In this document: piece after piece, positions 46,256 through 56,000 of the stretch
Position numbering within the stretch: the stretch's first letter is position 1
Layout of the letters: each line of letters begins with the position of its first letter
Assembly (NCBI GenBank): GCA_007135095.1
Contig: SLJO01000077.1
Coordinates: 1 to 63,839 of the forward strand
DNA: 63,839 nucleotides
Reading direction: 5' to 3'
From: Bacteroidales bacterium
GTDB lineage: Bacteria; Bacteroidota; Bacteroidia; Bacteroidales; PUMT01
Program-made: the position numbers and the translations under genes
The notes under the pieces: model-generated
Database searches by the model: none
What the model saw: only the letters and a program-made list of their open reading frames with translations
What the model was told of the DNA's origin: nothing

Positions 46256-49200
46256 ATGAGAAACTACTGGAGAATCTTAAGCCTTATCCTGGCTACAATC
46301 CTCTGCAGTCCCGTTTACACCCAGCAGTTCGGAAGAAACAAAGTCATTTATGATGATTTTAACTTCAGGGTTTTTGAAACCCCGCACTTCAGGATACACC
46401 ATTACCTGGATGATGAACAGGAAATTCGCGATTTTGCCCAGTTAACCGAAAGATGGTATCAAAGGCATCTGCCGATATTTCTTGATACAATCGAAAGCAA
46501 AATCCCTGTAATCCTTTACAATAATCATGCTGATTTTCAGCAGACTACAGTAATACAGCAGTTGATAGGACCCGGCACCGGCGGGGTAACTGAAGGTATG
46601 CGAAAGCGTGTTGTGATGCCATTATCGCCATCCAGAAGAGAAACCAATCATGTACTGGGCCATGAGCTGACCCATGTGCACCATTTCAGACTGTTCCTGG
46701 GAAACGGAGGGCCGGGGATGGGAGGACGGGCCATGCAGAACACCCCCCTCTGGATGGTTGAAGGGCAATCGGAATATCTTTCCATCGGCAGGAGAGACAC
46801 CCAAACGGCTATGTGGATGCGTGATGCGGTAAAAAATGACAACATCCCCACTCTGAGAGACATGACAATGGATATGCAGCAATATTTTCCCTACCGCTGG
46901 GGTCATGCCTTCTGGGCCTTTTATACCGGTCATTACGGTGACGGGCAGATCCTTCCCCTTTTTATTGCGACGGCACAAATGGGTTATGAAAGGGCCATTG
47001 ACACCCTGACCGGATATTCGTCCGATTCCCTGTCGGCTTTGTGGGCCAATGATCTCAGGGAAACATATCAGCCCCTTATGGCGGGAAAACAGGAATCGGT
47101 GGGCGAAAGGCTTTTTGATGCCTCCAACGCAGGAAGCATGAATATTGCACCCTCTATCTGTCCTGCAGGCGAAAACATGGTCTTTATTTCCGACATGAAT
47201 GTGATAACAATTGATTTCTTCCTTGCCAATGTCAGGGAAAGACGGATCACCAGGCGGATCACCAATATTATCCGCGATACCCATATTGATGAATACAACT
47301 ACCTGGAATCGGCTGGAACATGGAACCCCGAGGGAACACAATTTGCACTAAGCACCTTCAGCGAGGGACGTAACAGACTAATTATTGCCGATCTGGGCAG
47401 GAGAAGGATTACCAGGACCATAGATATACCCGGCCTGTCTGCATTCAATAATCCCCACTGGTCGCCTGACGGTGAAAGAATAGTGGTATCTGGCCTGAGA
47501 GAAGGCAAAAGTGATTTGTTTGTTTATAACCTGGAAACCGGGGAGACCGAGCAACTGACCAATGACAGGTATGCCGCCCTGCAGCCGGCATGGTCGCCGG
47601 ACGGTTCAAAAATCGTATTTATCACCGACAGGGAAGGAAATACGGATTTTGAGCTGATAAGGTTTGGAAATTACAGGCTGGCGGAATATGATTTTGACAA
47701 CGGCAGTATAAATATAATAAATATCCTGCCCGGTTCTGATATCATAAATCCCAGATATTCGCCTGACGGAACACAGATATTCTTTGTTTCCAATGCTGAC
47801 GGCTTCAGGAATATTTACCGCTACGACCTGCCGGGCCAGGAGGTAAGAAGAGTAACCGACCTTCAGGTAGGTGTAAGCGGAATAACGGAATTGTCTCCCT
47901 GTTTTGATATTGCCAGGGAAAGCGGCGACCTTGTGTATATTCTTTATGACGACGCAGGCTATCAGCTGTTCAGGGAAAACATCGCAGCGCTGGAGGGACC
48001 CGTTTTTTCGGATGAAGATGTTGATCTGTCGGCCGGCATATTGCCGCCGGTGGACAGGGAGCACCCGACGCTGATAGTGGATGAAAACCTGGAAAGATAT
48101 CCCCTTACCGATCCCGAAGAATTCGAGCCGGGGGAATATGATCCGGGGTTTGGCCTGGAGTTTATTGGCAGCGCCGGAATCGGGGTTGGTGTCAGCCAGT
48201 TTGGTGCCGGCGCAGCAGGAGGGGTCAGCTTCATGTTCAGTGACTTGCTCAGGGAAAATCTGCTGAACACCTCGCTTCAGGTGCAGGGAAGGATTATTGA
48301 TATTGCAGGGCAGGCGGTATATCTGAATCAAAGCAGCCGCTTCAACTGGGGGGGTGTATTTTCTCATATCCCCTACCGGTCGGCAGGTATTGTCGAAATA
48401 AGGGAGGAACAGATCAATGGCATAGTTGCGCAAAACCTTGTGATGATAGAACAACGGGTTTTTGAAGATGAGCTGGGAGCTTTCGGGCAGTACCCGGTAT
48501 CAAAACACCTGCGCTATGAAGGAGGCGTCAGTGCAAGCGTGTACAGCTTCAGAAGAGACAGTATCCATAATTATTACGTTGGCAACAGGCTGGTTGAAAG
48601 GGAGGAATACAGGGCTGAATCACCCGGGTCGTTCTATATGTTCAGGACCTACCTGGCTTATGTTGGCGACCGGTCTCAATTCGGGCTGACCTCCCCCATG
48701 AGCGGTTACCGCTACCGGTTCCAGGTCGACAGGAACATGGGAGAATTCGGGTTCTGGGGCCTCCAGGCCGATTACCGTCAATACCGGTTTATCCCGCCCG
48801 TTTCATTTGGAATACGGCTGATGCATTTCGGGCGCTACGGCCGCGACTCAGACCGGCTGCAACCTATTTTCATAGGAAACCCGTTTTTTGTCAGGGGTTA
48901 CAGATTCCGGGATCTTTCACGGCCAGGGGAAACGTCACCTGATTTTATCAGCGTAAACAACCTTCTCGGGAGCAAGATTGCCGTGGCAAATGCTGAAATA
49001 CGCTGGCCCTTTACCGGACCCGAGGAACTTGCTCTTATCAGGTCCAGGATGTTTTTCAGCGACCTGGTCCTTTTCGCCGACGGTGGACTGGCATGGGACG
49101 ATTTTGATGATATCGCGGCCGAGTGGAGGCCTTCCAGGGACAACGATGTACGGATTCCCGTTTTCAGCACCGGCGTGGCATTGCGTATAAACCTGTTCGG

Positions 49201-49300
49201 GGCAATTATCGTAGAGCCCTATTTCGCATTCCCTTTTCAGCAACGGGCCGACACCACTACCGGCACCTTCGGATTCCATCTTTCTTTTGGAGGATTTTAG
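46256..49300 (+). CDS. Omp85/BamA-superfamily protein with N-terminal gluzincin-like peptidase and PD40 beta-propeller
   Basis: Signal peptide, HELTH plus downstream W..EG..EY, P.WSPDG repeats, C-terminal amphipathic strands with VRGY motif and terminal Phe. Confidence 0.85.
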   Translation: MRNYWRILSLILATILCSPVYTQQFGRNKVIYDDFNFRVFETPHFRIHHYLDDEQEIRDFAQLTERWYQRHLPIFLDTIESKIPVILYNNHADFQQTTVIQQLIGPGTGGVTEGMRKRVVMPLSPSRRETNHVLGHELTHVHHFRLFLGNGGPGMGGRAMQNTPLWMVEGQSEYLSIGRRDTQTAMWMRDAVKNDNIPTLRDMTMDMQQYFPYRWGHAFWAFYTGHYGDGQILPLFIATAQMGYERAIDTLTGYSSDSLSALWANDLRETYQPLMAGKQESVGERLFDASNAGSMNIAPSICPAGENMVFISDMNVITIDFFLANVRERRITRRITNIIRDTHIDEYNYLESAGTWNPEGTQFALSTFSEGRNRLIIADLGRRRITRTIDIPGLSAFNNPHWSPDGERIVVSGLREGKSDLFVYNLETGETEQLTNDRYAALQPAWSPDGSKIVFITDREGNTDFELIRFGNYRLAEYDFDNGSINIINILPGSDIINPRYSPDGTQIFFVSNADGFRNIYRYDLPGQEVRRVTDLQVGVSGITELSPCFDIARESGDLVYILYDDAGYQLFRENIAALEGPVFSDEDVDLSAGILPPVDREHPTLIVDENLERYPLTDPEEFEPGEYDPGFGLEFIGSAGIGVGVSQFGAGAAGGVSFMFSDLLRENLLNTSLQVQGRIIDIAGQAVYLNQSSRFNWGGVFSHIPYRSAGIVEIREEQINGIVAQNLVMIEQRVFEDELGAFGQYPVSKHLRYEGGVSASVYSFRRDSIHNYYVGNRLVEREEYRAESPGSFYMFRTYLAYVGDRSQFGLTSPMSGYRYRFQVDRNMGEFGFWGLQADYRQYRFIPPVSFGIRLMHFGRYGRDSDRLQPIFIGNPFFVRGYRFRDLSRPGETSPDFISVNNLLGSKIAVANAEIRWPFTGPEELALIRSRMFFSDLVLFADGGLAWDDFDDIAAEWRPSRDNDVRIPVFSTGVALRINLFGAIIVEPYFAFPFQQRADTTTGTFGFHLSFGGF

Positions 49301-49304
49301 ATCA

Positions 49305-49375
49305 GGCACTTCCGGAACCATCATCACCGGGACATAACTCCATTTTAACCTTTAGTCCCGGCACTCCCGGAACCA
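49305..49375 (+). repeat. 16-bp direct repeat pair (GGCACTYCCGGAACCA)
   Basis: Copies at 49305-49320 and 49360-49375 with one mismatch. Confidence 0.75.
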
Positions 49376-49407
49376 GATCATAAGGATTTGTTTAACTCTC
49401 TTCCTGA

Positions 49408-49632
49408 CTATTCTTTCTCAAACTCCTTTTTCTGTTTTTCATATTCCTCCTCTGAAACATCACCTCTGGCATAACGCTGCCTGAGATGCCCAAGGCTGGT
49501 GCTCCTGAAGGAACGCCTTTTCCTTTGCCTCCCCATTTGTTTGAGCAATATCCAGAAAATCAAAAGCGCAATGATTATAACAAGAATTGTGGTGAGGTCA
49601 GTGACCCCGCCATTCTGAGGCAATTCATCCAT
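49408..49632 (-). CDS. Small membrane protein with SHOCT domain
   Basis: One TM helix, then L.QRYARGDVSEEEYEK.K. Confidence 0.82.
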   Translation of the reverse strand: MDELPQNGGVTDLTTILVIIIALLIFWILLKQMGRQRKRRSFRSTSLGHLRQRYARGDVSEEEYEKQKKEFEKE

Positions 49633-49923
49633 TTTTTCTGACGTTTTTCATTTAAAAGATTTCCACTGAACCATAAAGTTACGCATCATTGCCAGAAAAA
49701 ACTCATAGTTGCCCGGAAATCGACCGGTACCTGGCCCTGCCGGGAAGAAACTTTTAATGGCGCAATCCCGGTGAGGGAAAACAGGATTTCATGATGTAAT
49801 CAGCACTGCGGGACACCCGATAGAATCCCGTGCCACAAATATAACTAACCACCGGAGAAACCGGAGATTATGGGGGCAGGTGGTTTTCACAGCCCAAATT
49901 TAAAGGGGGTTCGCGAAAGTGCC

Positions 49924-52215
49924 TTAATTCCTCCTGAACAGCCTTCTTATAAAAGAGGGTCTGCCGGTTTCCGGTGCCGGTTCTTTTTCTTTTCTGTCTA
50001 AATTAATATCTTCCCTTTTGAAAATATCGAGCATCCTCTCGAAAATGCTTCTTTCCTCCAACTCAATGCAATTCAGGACCCTTTGGAGTTCGGGAGGCAA
50101 TTCAGGGAAAGGGGTCATCAGCCGCTGTGCAAGCTCCCTGTTCTCCTGGGCATTTCGCAGTGTTAACGCTACAAGGGGCAAAGCCAGCGCACTTCCTGAT
50201 CCATTGGATCCGCTGCTGAAATGAATGGCGCGGGAAGAGGCCCCTACCCTGCTGACGATCACCAGCGAGGGGTTACATGCAGCAAACCAGGCATCGGCGT
50301 AATTTTGTGAAGTCCCTGTTTTACCGGCTAAAGGAAGGGTCACACCAAAGACATTCCTTAGCGATATGCCGGTTCCCTGATCAATCGCTTTCTGCAGCAT
50401 TGCCCGCATCAACAGGCTGGATCGCTCCGAAATTATCCTGGCCTTCTCGGTATGGAGAGGACGCCGGTAGATGACCTCGCCATTGTAAGTCATTATGGAA
50501 TCGATTGTGTAGGGATTGATTTTATAACCTCCGTTTGCAAATGCAGCATAGGCTACTGCCGTTTCGGCAATGCTGGCCTCGGCAGTGCCCAGGGCGATTG
50601 CTGGTGCGTATTTCATCGGGTAGGAAAAGCCCATGTTTTCCCATAAGGAAACTATATTCCTGAAATCTAAATCCAGGAAAAGGTTGAAGGTTGGAACATT
50701 CAGTGATTGTGCCAGCGCGTCAGAAAGGGTGTATTTTCCGCCATAGGTATGATTATAATTCGAAGGGGTCCAGTTATCGTATTCGACCATGACAATGGAA
50801 TCGTTATCTAAAAACTGGCAGGGATTAATTCCCTCCTCCAGTGCCGCGGTATATAAAACAGGCTTGAATGCAGATGCCAGCTGCCGCCGTGCCAGGATCT
50901 GATCATAGGGCTGGGAGGTAAAATCAATGCCGCCGACCCATGTTTTTACTGCACCGGTTGCCGGATCAAGGGCAAGCAATCCTCCGTGCAGCAGCAGCAA
51001 TGCCTTTTTAATACTGTCCAGCACAGTAACTGATTCGTTGTATGAGCCCTGCCAGTCGAAGGTTCTTTGAAAAATTGTGTCCCCGGCACGTGAAGTCAGG
51101 TTTAACCGGGTCATCTCCCTTTGTGCAATTCCCTCAAGCGTACTTACCCCCGCAAGAGTCATATACTGATCCCTGAGTCGCCGCTGCATGCGCGGAAGAT
51201 GATCATTAAAGGCTTTTATCGCTGAATTCTGCAGATCGAGGCTTAAAGAAGTATTGATTATCAGGCCATCCTCCTCAATATTCCATTTTCTGCCTGACAG
51301 GGAATCAAGGTTCTGAAGGATCAGTTCCGCCTCCTTTTTTACCTGCACAAGGAAATATCCTGCAGGATTCCTTGATTCGAGATTTGAATAATTCAGTATC
51401 AGCGGCAGCTGGCAAAGAGAGTCGGCTTCCGGGGGTTGAATATAATCGTATTTCTCCATCTGCCTTAATACCACATTTCTCCTAATCCTGGCATTTTCAG
51501 GATAAAGCCGGGGATTGTAAATCGTATTGGCCTTCAGCATACCGATTAATACCGCTGCCTCATCAGTGGTAAGATATTCTACCTGTTTATTGAAAAAACG
51601 CCGTGATGCTGCTTCGATGCCGTAAACATTCTCCCCGAAAGAAACAGTATTGAGATAGATAGTCAGCACATCCTCCTTGCTGAAAATATTCTCAATCCGG
51701 TATGCCAGGAAAACCTCTTTTGTCTTATTCACCGGGGCAGAGAGCAGGCCATAATCATTTCTGCCAAAAAGATTTTTTGCAAGCTGCTGAGATATGGTGC
51801 TTCCCCCGCCGGAACCGGCATCATTGAAAAGCAGCGTTTTTATAACTACCCTTAAAAGGCTTCTTGAATCAATCCCCTTATGCTGGTAGAACCGGGCATC
51901 TTCAGTTGCTATCAATGCCTCTATCAGATGGTCAGGGATCTGGCTATATGAAACATTGGTGCGGTTTTCAGAAAAAAACCTGCCGATGATCCTTCCCTCC
52001 TCGGAAAAAACCAGCGATGCTGTTGCATTTTTGAAGCCAAGCAATTCCTGCTTGCTCTGCAGCCGCCCGAATGCCCCCAGGTATACCGAAAGCATAAACA
52101 TGCCGGTTACCGCGGCAATCAGCAAAAAAATTCCCGATACTATAATACCCGGCCTTTTCAGCTTTGTGAACCTGTTGGTTTTTTTTCTCCCTTTGCGTTT
52201 AGTTTTAGCCATCAC
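49924..52215 (-). CDS. Class A penicillin-binding protein (PBP1A-type transglycosylase/transpeptidase)
   Basis: N-terminal TM, EDARF, GGSTISQQLAKN, SAFK, SLN, KTGT. Confidence 0.93.
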   Translation of the reverse strand: MMAKTKRKGRKKTNRFTKLKRPGIIVSGIFLLIAAVTGMFMLSVYLGAFGRLQSKQELLGFKNATASLVFSEEGRIIGRFFSENRTNVSYSQIPDHLIEALIATEDARFYQHKGIDSRSLLRVVIKTLLFNDAGSGGGSTISQQLAKNLFGRNDYGLLSAPVNKTKEVFLAYRIENIFSKEDVLTIYLNTVSFGENVYGIEAASRRFFNKQVEYLTTDEAAVLIGMLKANTIYNPRLYPENARIRRNVVLRQMEKYDYIQPPEADSLCQLPLILNYSNLESRNPAGYFLVQVKKEAELILQNLDSLSGRKWNIEEDGLIINTSLSLDLQNSAIKAFNDHLPRMQRRLRDQYMTLAGVSTLEGIAQREMTRLNLTSRAGDTIFQRTFDWQGSYNESVTVLDSIKKALLLLHGGLLALDPATGAVKTWVGGIDFTSQPYDQILARRQLASAFKPVLYTAALEEGINPCQFLDNDSIVMVEYDNWTPSNYNHTYGGKYTLSDALAQSLNVPTFNLFLDLDFRNIVSLWENMGFSYPMKYAPAIALGTAEASIAETAVAYAAFANGGYKINPYTIDSIMTYNGEVIYRRPLHTEKARIISERSSLLMRAMLQKAIDQGTGISLRNVFGVTLPLAGKTGTSQNYADAWFAACNPSLVIVSRVGASSRAIHFSSGSNGSGSALALPLVALTLRNAQENRELAQRLMTPFPELPPELQRVLNCIELEERSIFERMLDIFKREDINLDRKEKEPAPETGRPSFIRRLFRRN

Positions 52216-52224
52216 TTAATTAAA

Positions 52225-52809
52225 TCATTCTTCTGAAAGCCAGTCATCCATCATGACCATGATTTCTTCGGGAGGCAGGTACAGCCTTTTTATCCTGTTA
52301 ACATAGGCCTCTGACATGCCGGCCTGCTTAAGTATAAATTCCTTGGTGGCAAGAATATAGCCTCCCAGTCCGTGATTCAGGGCATATATATCCGCCGCCC
52401 TTTCAGCAGTTATAATAAAACTCCGCGAGGAATAATAGTTAAGGCCAAACAACATCAGCGACCAGTTGTTTTTCCGCATATAATCCATGATATGGCCGAG
52501 CTCGTGACCAATCCACCCGATGAGGACATCAACCGGTAAGTCCTGTACCGGAATTTCTTCCCCGTTAAGGGAAAAGAAACGCCTTATTTTAATCATATAC
52601 GACCTCCATTTGCGGGAACCATACATGGTGGTATACCGGGGCTGGGCCTGCATGAAGGATTTGCGTATTTTTTCATTAAACACGAAATCGATCTTCACAT
52701 TTTTAAGTGCCGGGTAAAAAGAAAGTGCCTTGAGTGTTACTTCCCTTATTTCCGAAGGGATGGTTTTCAGTATGCCGAAATGCTCATGAGATTTATTTTC
52801 CATATGCAA
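52225..52809 (-). CDS. Hypothetical HExxH zinc-metallopeptidase-like protein
   Basis: GWIGHELGHI and downstream ERAAD; ends ~10 bp before the PBP start. Confidence 0.7.
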   Translation of the reverse strand: MHMENKSHEHFGILKTIPSEIREVTLKALSFYPALKNVKIDFVFNEKIRKSFMQAQPRYTTMYGSRKWRSYMIKIRRFFSLNGEEIPVQDLPVDVLIGWIGHELGHIMDYMRKNNWSLMLFGLNYYSSRSFIITAERAADIYALNHGLGGYILATKEFILKQAGMSEAYVNRIKRLYLPPEEIMVMMDDWLSEE

Positions 52810-52893
52810 TATAAAGTATATTCAGGGGTTAACCGCGTTAATCCCTTCTGCCAGGTGACCCGGCCGGTTCCTGAAAGCACGGAGAGAAACATT

Positions 52894-52970
52894 GGCCTGG
52901 CCTGATCATAGTGGAACCTTTGGCCCGTCTGATCATAGCGGAGCTTTAGGCCCGATCCGATCATATTGGA
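52894..52970. repeat. Three degenerate 27-28 bp tandem repeats (core GATCATA)
   Basis: ggcctggcctgatcatagtggaaccttt / ggcccgtctgatcatagcggagcttta / ggcccgatccgatcatattgga. Confidence 0.75.
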
Positions 52971-53002
52971 TTGATGTAAACGGTATTTTCAATAATTTAT
53001 TC

Positions 53003-56000
53003 TCACAGGGCATCTGATATCCACTTCCGCGCATTCACAAATGCCTCCAGCCAGGGGGTTATTTCGTCGTTTTTCCGGTCGGCCGGGTAATCGGCCCAGT
53101 TATGCGGGTAAAGTGAGCGCTCCAGGTGAGGCATCATTGCAAGGTGGCGCCCGTCGGCGCTGCATATGGCGGCAGCGGTATAGCCTGAGCCATTCGGGTT
53201 ACCGGGGTATTCATCATATGAATACTTCATGGGGATATGGTAATCGCTTTCCTGCATCGGCAATTCAAATTTTCCTTCCCCGTGGGCCACCCATATGCCA
53301 AGCCTGCTGCCGGCCAGCGTTTTGAGCATGACTGACTGGTTGTCCTGTATGTTCACATTCAGAAAAGCAGATTCAAACTTATGTGAATCATTGAACAGCA
53401 TCCTTGATTTTTCACTGCCGGCAACACCCACCAGTCCCAGCTCCACCATCAGCTGGCAGCCGTTGCACACACCCAGGCTGAGAGTATCCTTGCGGGCATA
53501 GAACCGGTCCAGAGCCTCCTTTGCCTTCTCATTGTAAAGAAATGCCCCTGCCCATCCCCTGGCTGAGCCCAGCACATCGCTGTTGGAAAAGCCGCCCACA
53601 AAGACGATCAGGTTAACATCCTCCAGCGTTTCCCTTCCGCTTATCAGGTCGGTCATATGCACATCCTTTACATCCATCCCGGCAAGATGCATGATCCACG
53701 CCATCTCCCGGTCGCCGTTCACACCCTTTTCCCTGATAATGGCTGCCTTCACCCCGCTCCGCTCCCGCCGGTCATTGTCAATCCCGTACTGCGATGCCAG
53801 TCCCGAAAAACCTTCCGGAAATTTATACGACAAAGGCTGTTTGCTGTAATTGCCGAACCGTTTCAATGCAAGTCCGCCGCCCGACTGCTTCCTGTCAAGA
53901 AGGTATGATGAGCGGTACCAGACATCCCTCAGCTTGTTGATGTTCAGTTCATAATTCCCTTCATCGTGCCTTACGGTAAACTCCCGCTTATCATTATACT
54001 TTCCGATCAGCACGGCCTCGACACCCTTTATTGCCAGGTCGCCGATCACCTTTCCTGCATCGGCAACCTGCACCAGCACTGCAGGCTTCTCGCTGAACAG
54101 CAGGTTGATGATGCTCTCATCAATACCTGAAAGGTCAATGTTGATTCCCGTTTCCCTTTCGGGGAAACACATCTCAAGCAATGCAGTGATCAGCCCGCCT
54201 GCAGACACATCATGCCCTGCCAGTATCATTTCCTTTGTTATCAGTTTCTGCAGTGCATTGAAGGCACGCACGAAATATACCGGGTCGGAAACGGTAGGGC
54301 ATTCGCTGCCAACAAAATTTATCGACTGGGCAAAGCTGCTTCCGCCAAGGTAAAATTCGCCACCCGAAAGATCAATGTATAAAACCGAGCTGCCGGGGAT
54401 ATCCTTTAACCCGGGTGTAACTGTTTTCCGGATATCGGTAACTTCTGCAGCGGCAGATATTATCACCGTTCCCGGTGCGTATACAACCGTGCCGTCCCTG
54501 TATTTCTGCGTCATTGAAAGTGAATCCTTGCCTGTTGGTATGTTTATGCCCAGAGCTTTGGCAAAATCAGAGGCCGCCTCCACGGCACTGTACAGGCGGC
54601 TGTCCTCCCCTTCGTGCCTTGTTGGCCACATCCAGTTGGCGCTGAGTGACACGCCCCTGATCCCGTCCTGCAGGGGAGCCCAGAGAATATTGGTAAGGGA
54701 TTCTGCAATGGCAAGCACCGATCCCTTTGCAGGATCAATCATTGCAGCCACCGGTGCATGGCCTATTGCGGTGGCCACTCCCCTCACTCCGCCATAGTCA
54801 ACCGCCATCACGGCCAGGTTGTTCAGCGGGAGCTGTATCCTGCCTGTTGTCTGCTGAAGCGCGACCTTGCCTGTAACACTGCGGTCAACCTTGTTGGTAA
54901 GCCAGTCCTTGCATGCCACAGATTCGATCTGCAGCACGGAAACAAGATATTCCCGGAACCGCCTATCATCAAACTCAAGCTGGCCGAAACCGCTATCAAT
55001 GGTTTTATCTGTCATAACAGTAGGCGGCGGACTGCCAAAAAGCCATGCGAGCTGAAGATCGATTGGTTTTATCTTTTTGACTGTATCCTCGAAGGTGAAC
55101 TGCATGTCTCCCGTAACTTCCCCTATGTTGTACATCGGCGCCCTTTCGCGTTCAGCCACCCGCCTGAGCAGGTCAACATCCTTATCATGCAGCACCAGTC
55201 CCATTCTCTCCTGTGATTCGTTGCCTGCTATCTCCCGGGCCGACAGGGTCGGATCTCCAACGGGGAGCTTGTCCATTTCGATCCTGCCACCGGCATTTTC
55301 GACAAGCTCAGAGAGGCAGTTAAGATGTCCGCCGGCGCCATGATCATGTATGGAAATAACGGGGTTTTCATCCGACTCCATCATGGCACGGATGGCATTG
55401 CACACCCTTTTCTGCATTTCCGGGTTGGAACGCTGAACGGCATTTAGTTCAATAAGATTGCCATATTCGCCCGTGGCAACAGAAGAAACAGCGCTTCCCC
55501 CCATTCCGATCCTGTAATTGTCGCCGCCGAGAAGAATAATGCGGTCGCCCTTCACCGGATCATCCTTCATGCTGTCCTTTTTCTTTCCATACCCGATGCC
55601 GCCGGCCAGCATAATGACCTTGTCGTAGCCATATGTCTTTTCTTTCTCCTTATGTTCGAATGTCAGCAGGCTTCCGCAAATAAGGGGCTGGCCGAATTTA
55701 TTGCCAAAATCGCTGGCGCCGTTGGATGCTTTGATAAGAATATCTTCAGGAGTCTGATACAGCCATGGGCGGGGCAGCACAGCGTTTTCCCATGCCCTGC
55801 CGGTTTCAGTGCGGGGGTATGAAGTCATATACACGGCAGTGCCGGCCAGGGGAACGGCACCCTTGCCGCCGGCCATGCGGTCGCGTATCTCGCCGCCTGT
55901 TCCCGTTGCAGCGCCGTTGAAAGGCTCAACGGTAGTGGGGAAGTTATGTGTTTCCGCCTTAAGTGACAAAACCGTTTCGACTTCCTTAACCTCAAACCAG

